This document shows positions 36,604 to 49,178 of a DNA stretch of 64,000 nt, one piece after another. A model generated the notes under the pieces. It was not told the origin of the DNA. It was given only the letters and a program-made list of their open reading frames with translations, and did no database searches. The stretch covers positions 253,768,001 through 253,832,000 of the forward strand of contig NC_086097.1 in NCBI RefSeq assembly GCF_963921235.1, written 5' to 3'. A program made the translations under genes and the position numbers. Origin of the DNA: Mobula hypostoma. Lineage: Eukaryota. The first letter of the stretch is position 1. Each line of letters opens with the position of its first letter.

Positions 36604-37404
36604 GATGTTGATGAGATATGAGGTACTGCTTGGTGTGTATTACATGTTGAAGTGTCTCAATTCCCAGAGTGCTTTGATCATACTAGGTAGAATTTTCTCT
36701 AATTTTTACAGACATCCAGAAGTTCATTTTGAGTTGAAAAATATTGTAAAAGTCTTTCTGCTTGGTAACTACCACAGTATTATAGCGAGTGATGTCAGAA
36801 ATGTGAACTGAAATGAAACAAAAATTACTAGAAGTGGGAAGTGTGTCTGTACACTAATTCTGCTGTACAGAGGGATGAATGGATGTGCAGTCAGACTTCT
36901 GAATTTAATAATATTATGGGAGCTCATTGATAAATATGATGTATGCATACAGTATGTCAGGCTTTTAGACGCAGGACAGCCTAGAACAGACTGATATAAC
37001 TTGTAAACTTGCCAGCTTGTAAACTCACTATGAAGTTGGATAGTGATGCTGCATTATAAATTCTGATCACTGTGAAAATAATGCCTCTCAGAATATATGT
37101 AACATGAATTTCAATGAGACCAAATCCAAAAGAAACCAAACTCAAAATATAAATTTTCAGTCATCTCCCATTATCATCAGTCAAAGTGCAGCATCACTTT
37201 TCTCTTCTAATGAACATATGATCCTTTAATAAATAAATCTCATCCTTGCACACCTTCATTGACATCTGCATGATTTTTCAATATTCTTTAAATTCTGTTT
37301 AAAACCATTAATTCTCAGAAACTATGAAGGAGTAGAATTAATGAAAATAGTTAAACTAGAATGAATATACCAAGTTCAAGTTTAATTGTCATTCAACCAA
37401 AGAT

Positions 37405-37720
37405 GAGGATTGGTATGTGTTCCTTTGTCTTACCCTTCCTGAAGTCCACAATCAACTCTTTCATCTTACTGACGTTGAGTTCCAGGTTGTTGCTGTGACA
37501 CCATTCCACTGGTTGGCATATCTCACTCTTGTACACCCTCTCATCACCACCTGAGATTCTACCAACAATGGTTGCATCGCCAGCAAATTTTTAGATGGTA
37601 TTTGAGCTATGCCTAGCCACACAGTCATGTGCATATTGAGAGTAGAGCAGGGGGCTAAGCATACAGCCCTGAGGCGTGTCAGCGAGGAGGATATGTTATC
37701 ACCAATCTGCACAGACTGTA
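37405..37720 (-). mobile_element. Rex1-type RT fragment
   Basis: Reverse complement of the 7520-7840 region (QIGDNISSSL, QGCMLSPLLYS). Confidence 0.8.
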
Positions 37721-38522
37721 GTTTATTGTCCGAGGTGTCTGTTGAGACAACACTGCACCCACTCCAACGTCTGAGGTGTCCACCTCCACGATGAATGGAA
37801 GGTCCAGGTTAGGTGAATCCAAAATAGGAGCTGTTGTGTACCCCTGTTTGAGTTCTGTGAAAGGAGCCTCCACTTCGGTCCTGCAAACAAAAGGGTCCAT
37901 GGATCTCTTAGTTAGTGCTGTTAGCAGAGATGGAACTGAGCTGAAGTTTATGATGAACTTTAGGTAAAAGTTGGCAAATCCCAGGAGTCATTGGACTTGT
38001 TTCACACTGGATGGTTGTGGCCAATCTCTGACTGCCTGTCTCTTAGTAGGGTCCATCTTGAGATTACCATTAGAGATTATAACCCAAAATGAAACTGTGG
38101 CTACGTGAAATTCAGATTTCTCCAGCTTGACATAAAGTTCATGATCCAGAAGCATCTATAAGATATCTCTGACGCGAGTGACATGCTCCTCCATGGATTT
38201 TGAGAAAATTAGGATGTCACCCAAGTAGACGAAGGCGTGCTTATGAAGAGCATCTCGGAGATGTCATTTATAAAGACCTGGAAAACTACTGGCACATTTG
38301 TGAGGGCATGACCAGCTACTCGTAGTTGCCTGTGCTGTGTTGAATGCAGCCTTCCACTCATCACCTCCCTTTATGCGAGCCAGATTGTATGCACTCCAGA
38401 AGCCTAGCTTCGAGAACACTCTTGCCCCTTGGAGGATCTCAAAGGCAGTGTTCATGAGTGGAAAGGGGTGATGATTCTTGGCTGTTCTGTGATTTAGCCC
38501 TCTATAATCAACACACTGGGAC

Positions 38523-38722
38523 AGCCGGTGGTGTAGTGGTATCAGCACTGGACTTTGAGTCGAATGGTCCTGAGTTTGAATCTGGCCAGGCCCCAACCTG
38601 CCAGCAGCAGGATTTGTGCGGAAGAAAGACCGGGCAATCTACTTCTGTACCTTGCCATGAAAACCCTATGGACAACTACACCATCCATGGGGTCACCATG
38701 ACTCAGTGATGACTCAACAACA
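38523..38722 (+). mobile_element. tRNA-derived SINE with an RTE-type 3' tail, inserted in the sushi RT
   Basis: A box TGGTGTAGTGG, B-like GTTTGAATC, and tail ttgccatgaaaaccctatgga...ggggtcaccatgactcag...caacaac. Confidence 0.7.
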
Positions 38723-40107
38723 GTCAATGCGTGGCCGCAGGCTCCAGTCCTTTTTCTGTACAAAGGAGAAGTCTGCGCTGGCTGGTGAGGTGGAGGGTCA
38801 AATGAACCCCGGAGCAAGATCCTCCTTTATGTACTCCTCCATTGCACTTTCCTTGGGCCTGAGAGTGCATATATTGTAATCTACCCCACGGAGGACAAGT
38901 ACCAGGCAATAGATCCATAGCACGGTTGTGTGATTGGTACAGTGGAAGAATCAAGGTCATTCCTTCTGAAGACCCCTTCCAAATCCTTGTAGATGGATGG
39001 GATTTTGACCAGCCTGGGTGTTGCAGTTACCCCTGAACGTCCCTCCAAGAATGACCGTTGAGGCTCCTTGGGTAGCGGGGATAATTCAGCAGACTTCAGG
39101 TTCTCCCTCAGAGGTTTACTGGAGCCTTTCGTTGAAACTGAGCCTACATCAGAGTCCATATCCGCAGACAACAGCAATGAGGCGCTAAGAACGGTCTTTG
39201 TGCTCCTGGGACTAGGTTCCAAGGGTCTTCGTTTAAGAGCTTTCCCTTATGCGCAACCTGGAGGATCAATGATATGGAAACCAATGTCCTCCACGAGTTC
39301 CTCCATCCTCATTGACAAAGCCAATGTCTGCTGCAGGGTCTGCTCCAATACAAGACAATGACCGTCCAGGGCTATCGCAGGCAAGGGCTGGCTCAGCTCC
39401 TGCAACGGTATGTTGGGCTAGCGGGTTGTCCACAAGTCCAGCAAATTACCAGTTGCGGTAGACTCCATAAAGGCATTCACCTCTCACCAGTTCTATCCCC
39501 GGAAGATCTCCGCCTTCAGCATAACACCAGAATCAGTAGTGTTGTGAGTAGTGGCTGCCACAGTTACAGTCCTCCCAACACTGGACAGCCTTCGCAGTCC
39601 TCCCGGCGACTGCAGCTGTGGCCATTTGGCCCACAGGTGATCTGCTTTCCTGCAGTAGTAGCAGCAACCTCGACTCCAGTGCAGAGACTTGTCTTTGGTG
39701 GGAAGTCTTGTGCAGCTGATTTGCATGGGCTCATCAGGCTTTTGTGCAGGAGATGGGCAGGTCATTCTCAGGAAGTAGCACTCCAATGTGTTGAGGTCAA
39801 GCTCAGGCTAACCCTCTTCGACATCTTGAGGTAGTCCCTCTTTCACTCCCCCAGGCAATTATTGAGGTGGATGGACTGATAAATCAGAGCCCCTAAGTCC
39901 TGTACCAGCTCTCCTGTGGCAAGGACATCCTTTAGTTCACCTTGGAGTCTATGGTGGTACAGGGTGGTGAGGGCCTCCTCGTTCTAGCCACACTCCTCGC
40001 CCAAAGTCCAAAACCCGATAGTGTAGTCAGCTGTTGACCGATTACTCTGACACACCTTCATCAGATGGTCCAAGGCTCGGTTTGCTCCAGCAGGATGATG
40101 GAATATC

Positions 40108-41138
40108 CATAAGACTACAAGACATGGGAGCAGAATTAGGCCATTCAGCCCATCAAGTCCACTCTGCCATTTCACCATGGCTGATCCGAGATCCCATTCA
40201 ACCCCATACACCAGGCCTCTCCCCATATCCCTTGATGCCCTGACCAAACGGGACTCTATCAACTTCTGCTTTGAATATACCCACAGATTTGGCCTCCATC
40301 GCAGTCTGTGGCAGAGCATTCCACAGATTCACTACTCTTTGGCTAAAAAAATTCCTCCTTACTAAAAGGCTGTCCCTTAATTTTGAAGCTGTGCCCTCTA
40401 GTTCTGGATACCCCCATGATAGGAAACATCCTCTCCACACCCACCTTATCTATTCCTTTCAGTATTCAATAGGTTTCAATCAGATCCCCCCTTTGCATTC
40501 TTCTAAATTCCAGTGAGTACAGGCCCAAAGCTGCTAAATGGTCTTCCTATGTTAACCCCTTCATTCCTGGAATCATCCTCGTGAACCTCCTCTGGACTCT
40601 CTCCAATGACAACACATCTTTCTGAGATAAGGGGCCCAAAACTGTTGACAATAGTCCAAGTGCAGCCTGACTAGTGTCTTATAAAGCCTCAGCATTATCT
40701 CCTTGCTTTTATATTCTATTCCCCTTGAAATAAATGCCAACATTGCATTTGCCTTCTCTACCACAGATTCATCTATGAATTAACCTGCTGGGAGTCTTGC
40801 GTAAGGACTCCTAATTCCCTCTGCACCTCTGATGTTTGAATTTTCTCCCCATTTAGATAATAGTCCGCACTATTGTCCTTTTATCAAAATACATTATCAT
40901 ACATTTTCCAACAGTGTATTCCATCTGCCGCTTTTTTGCCCATTCTTCCTCAGCACTACCTACCCCTCCACCTCTCTTCATATCATCCACAAACTTTGCA
41001 CAAAGCCATCAATTCCACTATCTAAACCATTGACGAACAATGTGAAAACTAGCGGTCTCAATACTGACCCCTGAGGAACACCACTAGTCACGGGCAGCCA
41101 ACCAGAAAAGGCCCCTTTTATTCCCACACATTGCCTCC
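40108..41138 (-). mobile_element. CR1 3' fragment inserted in the sushi gag
   Basis: VPQGSVLRP and VRLHLDYCQQFWAPYLRK; the host sequence gatgatggaa is duplicated on both sides. Confidence 0.88.
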
Positions 41139-42211
41139 TTTTAGCCCTGGTGAGATGATGGAACACCCTCTTCATGGCGTTCATGAAATCTTCTGGATCA
41201 GAGCAGATCTCCGACCTGTGCTCCCAATGCGTGGTGGTCCCAGTCAGGAGAGAGGTCATACAGACCTCCTTTCCACACTTAGAGAACCGGGACAGCTGGA
41301 GTTCAGGCACCAATGAAGACTGAGTGAACACGAGGCCACGTCACGGCATCTCTCTGGGTTTGGAAGCTGGACTGACTCCGCAGAGAGACTGACAGCCTCA
41401 CCCGAGCGACTCTGACTTCCTCCTTGCAACAGCTGGCGCAGGGCATCATAGGGGTCACGTACCTCAAGGCTCTGTCGAAAAATTTTCTCACCCTGGCTGC
41501 CCACAGCTGACAAGAGGCTCTGAGCCCGCTGGGTCCATGTTTGGCTTAGCCATACTGTGACAAGAGACCTAAGCGAGGATAGCTGGGACCCGAGTGCTGG
41601 AGTATCTGAGACTCGAATCGAGACATGTTACAAGACTGAGACGAGGACAGGGTTCTAAACTAGACGCTAGGTGAGAATCCAAGTAGAGGTGACAGCTGAG
41701 CACTGAACCTCAGTTCAAGTATCAAAATCCTGCTGCCAAAACATGGCAGCCAATTAGCAGGGCAGGCCCGGATCTTTAAAGGGACCATGTCAGCTAACCA
41801 TATTCCAGAAAGTTAGAGCGTCTAAACCTCAGATGCTGGAGCTGTCGGGTGTATATTGTAATGCCTTCAGTGTGAAAGGGCCTTTTCTGCGCTGTATCGC
41901 TGAATAAACAGATAAAAACGATGAAAAGGAAATACTTGTTGACCTTAATTTGGAAGTTGCTTCCCAGTGTCATTTTCCAAGAAGCCTTTACGTATTACCT
42001 GCTGTATTAGAAACCTATTGAATATTGAGAGCTCTAGAGAGTGGATGTGGCGAGAATGTTTCCTGTGGTGGGGGAGTCTGAGACAAGTGGGCACAGCCTC
42101 AGAATAGAGGGATTTCCCTTCAGAACAGATGAGGAGGAATTTCTTTATCCAGAGAGTGGATCTGTGGAATTCGCTGCCACAGGCGACCATGAAGGTCCAG
42201 TCATTGGGTAT

Positions 42212-42480
42212 ATTTACTTTATTTCTTTAGAGATGCTGACCCTTCCAGCCCTTGGAGCCCCACCAGCAACCGAACCTAATCACAGGACAATTTACAATGA
42301 CCAATTAACCTACTAACTGCTACATTTTTGGACTGTGGGAAGAAACTGGAGCACCCGGAGAAAACACATGGATTCCATGGGGAGAACATACAAACTTCTT
42401 ACAGATGGCGTTGGAATTGAACTCTGAACTCTGATACCCTGAGCGTAATAGTGTCACCCTAACTGCTATGCTATCGTGCC
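42212..42480 (-). mobile_element. V-domain tRNA SINE nested in a CR1 3' end (about 42030-42635, + strand)
   Basis: actggagcacccggagaaaacac...ggggagaacatacaaac and ggaattgaactc. Confidence 0.7.
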
Positions 42481-44807
42481 GAGGTTGATGTGTTCCTGAT
42501 TAGTAAGGACGTCAGACAGAAGGCAGGAGAATGAGATCAAGAAGGATAATTAATCTGCCACGATGAAATGATGGTGAAGATCCAATGGACCAATTGGTCC
42601 TAATTCTGCTCATAGGTCTTATGGGATTATGGTCTGAAGCTTTCTTATGATGCTTTCACAAACTCACTGTGAAGAATCAAGGTGTGTCTGATGCAAGAAT
42701 TGTTGCCTAATGCAATCACGACTTGAAATGAAGCCACATTTAGATTCATAATCTAATCTAATGAGGCCACCGCACCCCACCCCCCGCAGGTTCAGGAACA
42801 GTTATTACCCCTCAACCATCAGGCTCCTGAACCAATGTGAATAAAGCTTCACTCACCCAACACTGAACTGATTTGACAACCTACAGACTCACTTTCAAGG
42901 ACAACCTACAAACTCACTTTCAAGGACTCTACAACTCGTGTTCTGAAGATTATCTATCTCTTTAATTATTTATCTATCTGTTTAACCAGGTATCTACCTA
43001 TCTATCTGTATATTTATTTTTGTATTCGTTCTGTTTGTCTTCTTCTGCACATTAGCTGTCTCTGTGCGTCGTTTTCCCCCTGATTCTGTTATAGTTGTTT
43101 CCCTGTGACACGCACAAGAAAATGAATGACAGAGTTGTATATGGTGACATGTCCATACTTTGAAATAACTTTGAAATAGTCCAGGGGTGCTAATATACTG
43201 TATTGATATCATTAAACAGGTCTCGCCTCTTTTGGAAAGTGGCCGTCACTCACTTGGAAATCATGGATTATAGCACTGAAAAGATTTAAAATTGGTTATT
43301 GTAAAGGACTGCGAATTCAGTTGCCAAAACAAAATCACAAGTGTTCCATGTGCTTCAGGTCGGTAAGTAAAGCACATAGGTTACAGAAGGATGAAGTGTT
43401 GTCTACGTTAACTCCAGGCTACTTGGAACCTGTGGTTTTCCTGTAATGGAACCTGGCTCCATTTCCCAATGCCACAACATCGTGTGAAATGTTTCGTGCC
43501 TTATGAAAACAGCTGCAAACTTGTTTCAGTTTTCTTCACTGCTCTCTGAATATATTTGTACTGTTTTGGGTTTTAAAGTTGGTTCATAAATTTGATGAGC
43601 TTAACACAATGTTGGATAGTGTTCCCCATCCCCCCAGCATTCCCAAACCAGGCAGGGGGCCGGCAGTGCACAGTTAATGTGCGTTCTTTGCCCGTGGTGT
43701 AGGTAGCTTTGTATTTGATATTAATTTACGGAATTACTGCATGCAGCTAGCCTTCCTTGAGTGCTTATACATGCCTCAGAAAGGGGCTAATATCATTAGA
43801 GACCAATTATTCATGTTTCTAGACAAGAAATACATTAAGATTGCTTGTATAAGTACAGTCATAGAGAAGTACAGCATTGAAACAGGCCCTTCAGCCCATC
43901 TAGTCCATGCCAAAACCACTTAAACTGCCTCCTCCTGTCAGCCTTCACTGGGATCAGAGCCCACCATATCCCCACCATCCATGTTCCTTGGTACCAAAGG
44001 AGGTTCACAAAATTGGTTCCAGGATTGAACGGATTGTCATATGAAAAGCATTTGATGGCTCTGGGCCTGTACTCACTAGAATTCAGAAGAATGAGGAGTG
44101 ACCTTATTGAAACTATCGAATGGTGAAAAGCCTTGATAGAGTGGATCAATAAAGTTTGTCTATCTATCTATCTATCTATGTGCCAAAAGCTTTCTTTATG
44201 ACCCTATCTACCTGTGACACCACTTTCAATGAATTATAGACCTACCTGTATTCCCAGACCCCTTTGATCTACTACACTCCCCAGTGCCCCTATCCTTCAG
44301 TGTCACATCCAAGGATGTACCAGTTAGTAGGTAAATTGTTCTGTGGTTAAATCGCTGGGTTGCTGGGTGGAGTGGCTTCCATCGACCAGGAGGGCTTATT
44401 CTACGCCATATCTTGACATAAGTTAAAAAACTTATGTCAGTGAAAATAAACGTGATCATTGTTCTGAGTTCAATGGCCTGTTGCTGTGTATTTCTGCTGG
44501 TTATTCAGTGACCATTTAAATTTCTCAGGTTGGAAATATTTTAAAAGAAATGGAACGATTATCCCTTCACCCAACTTCAGGCCATTATCCAGCCCCTTTG
44601 TTTGTGATGATCAGACTCCAGCCTTCGAACAAGGTGTCCTTGACTGATGTGTGCTTGGCATACTGATCCATTCCAGTAAAACATTCAAACAATTTTTAAA
44701 ATGTTAGAATCGTAGAGCCATTTCGATAAACAGTGACCTTTGACCACTTCAGACCTTTTGTTTTGTAACACTGGGAGCTTGCACAAGCCTTGACTTCCTG
44801 CAGATAG

Positions 44808-45277
44808 CAACATACACAAAATGCTGGAGGAGCTCAGGACAGGCTACATCTATGGAAATGAATAACACCCCCAATGTTTCTGCCCAGACCTTTCAGCAGG
44901 ACTGAATACGAAGGGGGAAGAAGCCAGAATAAGAAGGTGGGGGTGGGGGGAGGAGGAAAAGCTGCAGGTGGGTGGGGAGGAGGGGGTGAAATCAGTAGCA
45001 GGGAGGTGAGAGGTGGGAAAGGTCAAGGACTGAAGAAGGAATCTGAGAGGAGACGAGAGTGAACCGCAGGAGAAAGGGAAGGAAGAGGGGTAACAGGCAG
45101 GTGAGGAGAAGAGGTAAGAGGCCAGAGTGGGGAATTGAAGAAAAGGGAAACAAAATTACCAGCGATTGGAGAAATCGATTTTCATGCCATCAAGTTAGAG
45201 GCTAACCAGATGAAATATGAGGTGTTGCTCCTCCATCCTGAGAACGGCCTCTTCGTGGCACCAGAGAAGACCATGCA
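44808..45277 (-). mobile_element. Penelope-like 3' fragment (end of GIY-YIG, pLTR, decayed hammerhead)
   Basis: Reverse complement of the LEEQHLIF.LxSLQxDGMxIDFS segment, a purine-rich tract, and cagtcctgctgaaaggtctgggcagaaacattgg. Confidence 0.75.
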
Positions 45278-46811
45278 AAGACAGATTACTGCAGATATTT
45301 GGATTTAAAATGGAGAGTGTTGTGAGCATGGAGATAGAGGATATGGTGGCATTTTGTTTCTTGGGTCAGGCAGATTGATTCATGAGATCCAAGTTTTCAA
45401 GCCATAAGACCAGGAAATTCAAGAACAGAGTTAGGCCGTTTGGCCCATTGAGACTACTCTGCCATTTTATCATGGCTGCTCCATTTCCCTCTCAGCCCCA
45501 GTCTCCTGCCTTCTTCCCGTATCCCTTCATGACCTGAATAATCAAGGATCTTTCAACCTCTGCCTTAAATAGACCCAATGACCTGGTGTCCACAGTCACC
45601 TGCGGCAACAAATTCTGCAGATTCACCCACTCTCTGGCTCAGGAAATTCCTCATCATCTCTGTTCTAAAAGGATGTCCCTCTATTCTGTGGCTATGTCCT
45701 CTGGTCTTAGACTCTCCCATCATGGGAAACATCAAGGTCTTTCAACATTTGTTAGGTTTCAATAAAGCTGCCCCTCATTGTTCTGAATACCAGCGGGCAT
45801 AGACCCAGAGCGATCAAATGCTCTTCGTATGACAATCCTTTCAATCCCAGAATCATTTTCATGCACCTCCTTTGAACCATCTCCAACGTCAGCACATCGT
45901 TTCTTAGATGAAAGGCCCAAAACTGCTCAGTAATTCTCTAAGTGAGGCTTCACCGGTGCTTAATAAAGTCTCAACATCACATCCTTGCTTTTATATTCTA
46001 GTCCTCTTTAAATGAATGCTAACATCGCATTTGTCTTCGTCACCACCAACCTGTAAATTAACCTTTAGGGAATCCTGCACAAGGACTCCCAAGTCCCTTA
46101 GCACCTCAGATTTTTGAATTTTCTCTCCATTTATAAATCAGTCTACCTTTTATTTCTTCTACTAAAGTGCATGACCATACACTTCCTGACACTGAATGCC
46201 ATCTGCCATTTCTTTGTCCATTCTCCTAGTCTAAGTCCTGCTGTAGCATCTCTACTTCCTCAAAATTACCTGCCCCTCAACCTATCTTTTTATCATCTAA
46301 AAACTTTGCAACAAAGCCATCAATTCCAGCATCCAGTCATTGACATATATTGTAAAAAGAAGTGGTTCCAACACAGACCCCTGTCACTGGCAGCCAGCCA
46401 GAAAAGTTTCCCTTTATTCCCACTTGTTGCCTCCTGCCAATCAGCCGCTGCTTTATCCATGCAAGAATCTCCTGTAATACCATGGGCTGGTAGCTTGCAA
46501 AGCAGTCTCATGTCTGGCACCTTGTCAGAGAATCCAAGTACATAATATCTGTTGAATCTCCTTTGTCTGTCCTACTTGTTGTTTCTTCAGAGAATTCCAA
46601 CAGATTTGTCAGGCAAGATTTTCGCTTGAGGAAAATATGCTGATTTTATCATCTGCCTCCAAGTATCTTGAGACCTCATCCTTAATAAGTGACTCCAACA
46701 GCTTCCCAACCGCTGAGGTCAGACTAACTGGCCTGTAATTCCCTTTCTTCTGCCTCTCTCCCTTCTTTAAGTGTACAGTGACATTTGCAATTTTCCAGTC
46801 ATCCAGAACCA

Positions 46812-48245
46812 CTCTTTAAGAAGGGAGGAAGGCAAAGGAAAGATTATAGGCCAGTTAGCCTGACCTCGGTGGTTGGGAAGGTGTTGGACTCTATTATTAA
46901 AGATGAGGTTTTGAGGTACTTGGGACTAATGATAAAATAAATCCAAGTCGGCATGGTTTCTGTAAAGGGAAATCTCGTCTGACAGATCTGTTAGAGTTCT
47001 TCGAGGAAGTAAAATGCAGAGTGGACAAATGAGAGGCAGTGGATGTCATTTACTTGAATTTTCTGAAGGCATGTGATAAGGTGGCACACATGAGGCTGCT
47101 TAACAAGATAAAATCCCGTAGCATTGCGGGAAGGATACTGGTATGGATAGAGGAATGGCTGACAGGCAGGAGGCAGTGAGGGAGGATAAAGGGGCCTTTA
47201 CTGGTTGGCTGCCAGTGACTAGTGGTGTTCCTCAGGGGGTCAGTATTGGGACAGCTACTTTTCACATTGTTTGTCAATGATTGGATAATGGAATTGTTGG
47301 CTTTGTGCAAAGTTTGCGGATGATACAAAGATAGGTGGAGGGGTAGGTAGTGCTGAGGAAGCAATGTGATTGCAGCAGGACTTAGACAAATTGGAAGAAT
47401 GGCAAAAAAAGTGGCAGATGGAATACAATGCCGGGAAATGTATGATAATGCATTTTGGTATAAGGAACAATAGTGCGGACTATTATCTAAATGGGGAGAA
47501 GCTTTAAACATCACAGGTGCAGAGGGACTTAGGAGTCCTCATGCAAGACTCCCAGAAGGTTAATTTACAGGTTGAGTCTGTGGTAAAGAAGGCAAATGCA
47601 ATATTGACATTTATTTGAAGGGGAATAGAATATAAAAGCAAGGAGATAATGCTGAGCCCTTATAAGACACTAATTAGACCGCACTTATAGTATTGCTAAC
47701 AGTTTTGGGCCCCCTAATCGGAAAGGACGTGTTGTCATTGTAGAGAGTTCAGAGGAGGTTCATGAGGATGATTCTGGGAATGAAGGGGTTAACATATAAG
47801 AAGTGTTTAACAGCTTTAGGCCATAACTCACTGGAATTTAGAATAATGCGTGGATATGTCATTAAAACCTACTGAATGTTGAAAGGACTAAATAGGGTGC
47901 ATGTGGAGAGGATGTTTCCTGTGGTGGGGGTATTCACAACTAGAGTGTACAGCCTCAAAATTGAGGGGTGACCCTTTAGAACGGAGGTAAGGAGGAATTT
48001 TTTTAGCCAGAGAGTAGTGTATCTGTGGAATGCTCTGCCACAGACTGCAGTGGAGGCAAGTCCATACGTATATTTAAGGAGGAAGTTAATCCTTTCTTGA
48101 TCTGTCAGGGCATCAAAGAATATGGCGAGAAGGCAGGTGTATGCGGTTGAATGGGATCCATGAGCAGCCATGATGGAATGGTGGAGCAGATTCGATGGGC
48201 TGAATGGCCTAATTCTGCTCCTATGTCTTATGGTCTTATGGTCTA
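46812..48245 (+). mobile_element. CR1 LINE, 5'-truncated, inserted antisense into the host CR1
   Basis: RT motifs on the + strand, a (TCTTATGG)n tail, and aacca(c/t)t at both junctions. Confidence 0.88.
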
Positions 48246-48576
48246 ACCATTCCAGGATCTAGTAATTCTTGAAAGATCATTATTAATGCCTGCACAATCT
48301 CCTCAGCCATCTCTTTCAGAACTCTGGGGTTTATATCATCTGGTCCACTTCCTTGATCTCCATTGCTGCCTCCTTAGCGTCGCTCTGCAGTGGTTTGAAA
48401 TCCACTCTCACACCTCTTTTACGTGTTCTGTATCTGAAGAAAATTGTGGTATCTTCTTTAATATTATTGGCTAGCTTACATTCCATATTTACCTTCTTAA
48501 TTACTTTTTTAGATGCCTCCTGTTGGTTTTCAAAAGTTTCCCAATCCTCCAACTTCCCACTAATTTTTGCTCTATG

Positions 48577-49178
48577 TTGGTTCCAAGGTTGTCAAGCCAA
48601 GGAGTGGTAGTGGGGACAAGCTCCCACTACCTAAAAGTGCGCCTCACGGCATGTGCCTCAAACAGCCTCTGGCAACCAAGCCTAACTCCCGGCCTTCTCA
48701 TGCGGCTTAGCCTCTAAGCCCGGCGGAACCGTTTCTACTGACAGGAGAAGGGACAAAGGCGGGTCCTGGCACCTTAAAACCAGTACTTCGGGTAGATGGA
48801 GCTCGTCAGCCTGGGAAGGCAGTCCATCTAAGAGAGGAAAACTCTCATTTTAAACCTCCACTGCCTTGGAGCCATACCCACTCATGGGAAAGGCTTCGGG
48901 AGTAAACCCTGAGGACAAATCCGGAGCTGGAGTCCGTAAGGCAGTCCGACGTTGTCTTCAACCTTGTTCTGGCAATTGCTGCGATGACACTGGTGCCAAG
49001 CTGTATCGGCTCTTGCCCTTCCCTTGGATAACATCGGTGTCTTGGAGAGGGGAGACTTGCTGCATGGGCAACTGCTAGTCTTCCATACAACCTTGCCCAG
49101 GCCTGCACCCTGGAGAGGACACTGAGACTTTCCAGGCACAGATCCATGGTCTCGCAAGAAAAACGGATGCCACCACCA
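48577..49178 (+). mobile_element. Non-autonomous, non-coding element resembling an RTE 5' UTR fused to a short 3' tail
   Basis: gggaaggcagtccatctaagagaggaaaactc...aaacctccactgcc resembles RTE 5' UTRs; it has no ORF and ends (cca)n. The 3' part is shared with the SINE at 10400. Confidence 0.6.

Larger units (their letters stand above)
37722..41792 (-). mobile_element. Tf1/sushi-like Ty3/Gypsy element (5' LTR about 41556-41792, gag, PR, RT, RNase H), heavily decayed and 3'-truncated
   Basis: MDPA start at 41538, EPMQI...CYYCRKADH knuckle, a decayed protease (AFMESTATGNLLD), RT DYRGLN...[27 protein letters not shown] with YLGD, and RNase H PFIVEVDTSDVGVGAVLSQ. Confidence 0.88.

Noticed and set aside
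48587..48680. HDV-like ribozyme at the 5' end of the RTE-type element
   Set aside because: ggttgtca/tggcaacc can pair, but I could not place P3/L3, P1.1 or the J4/2 catalytic strand.
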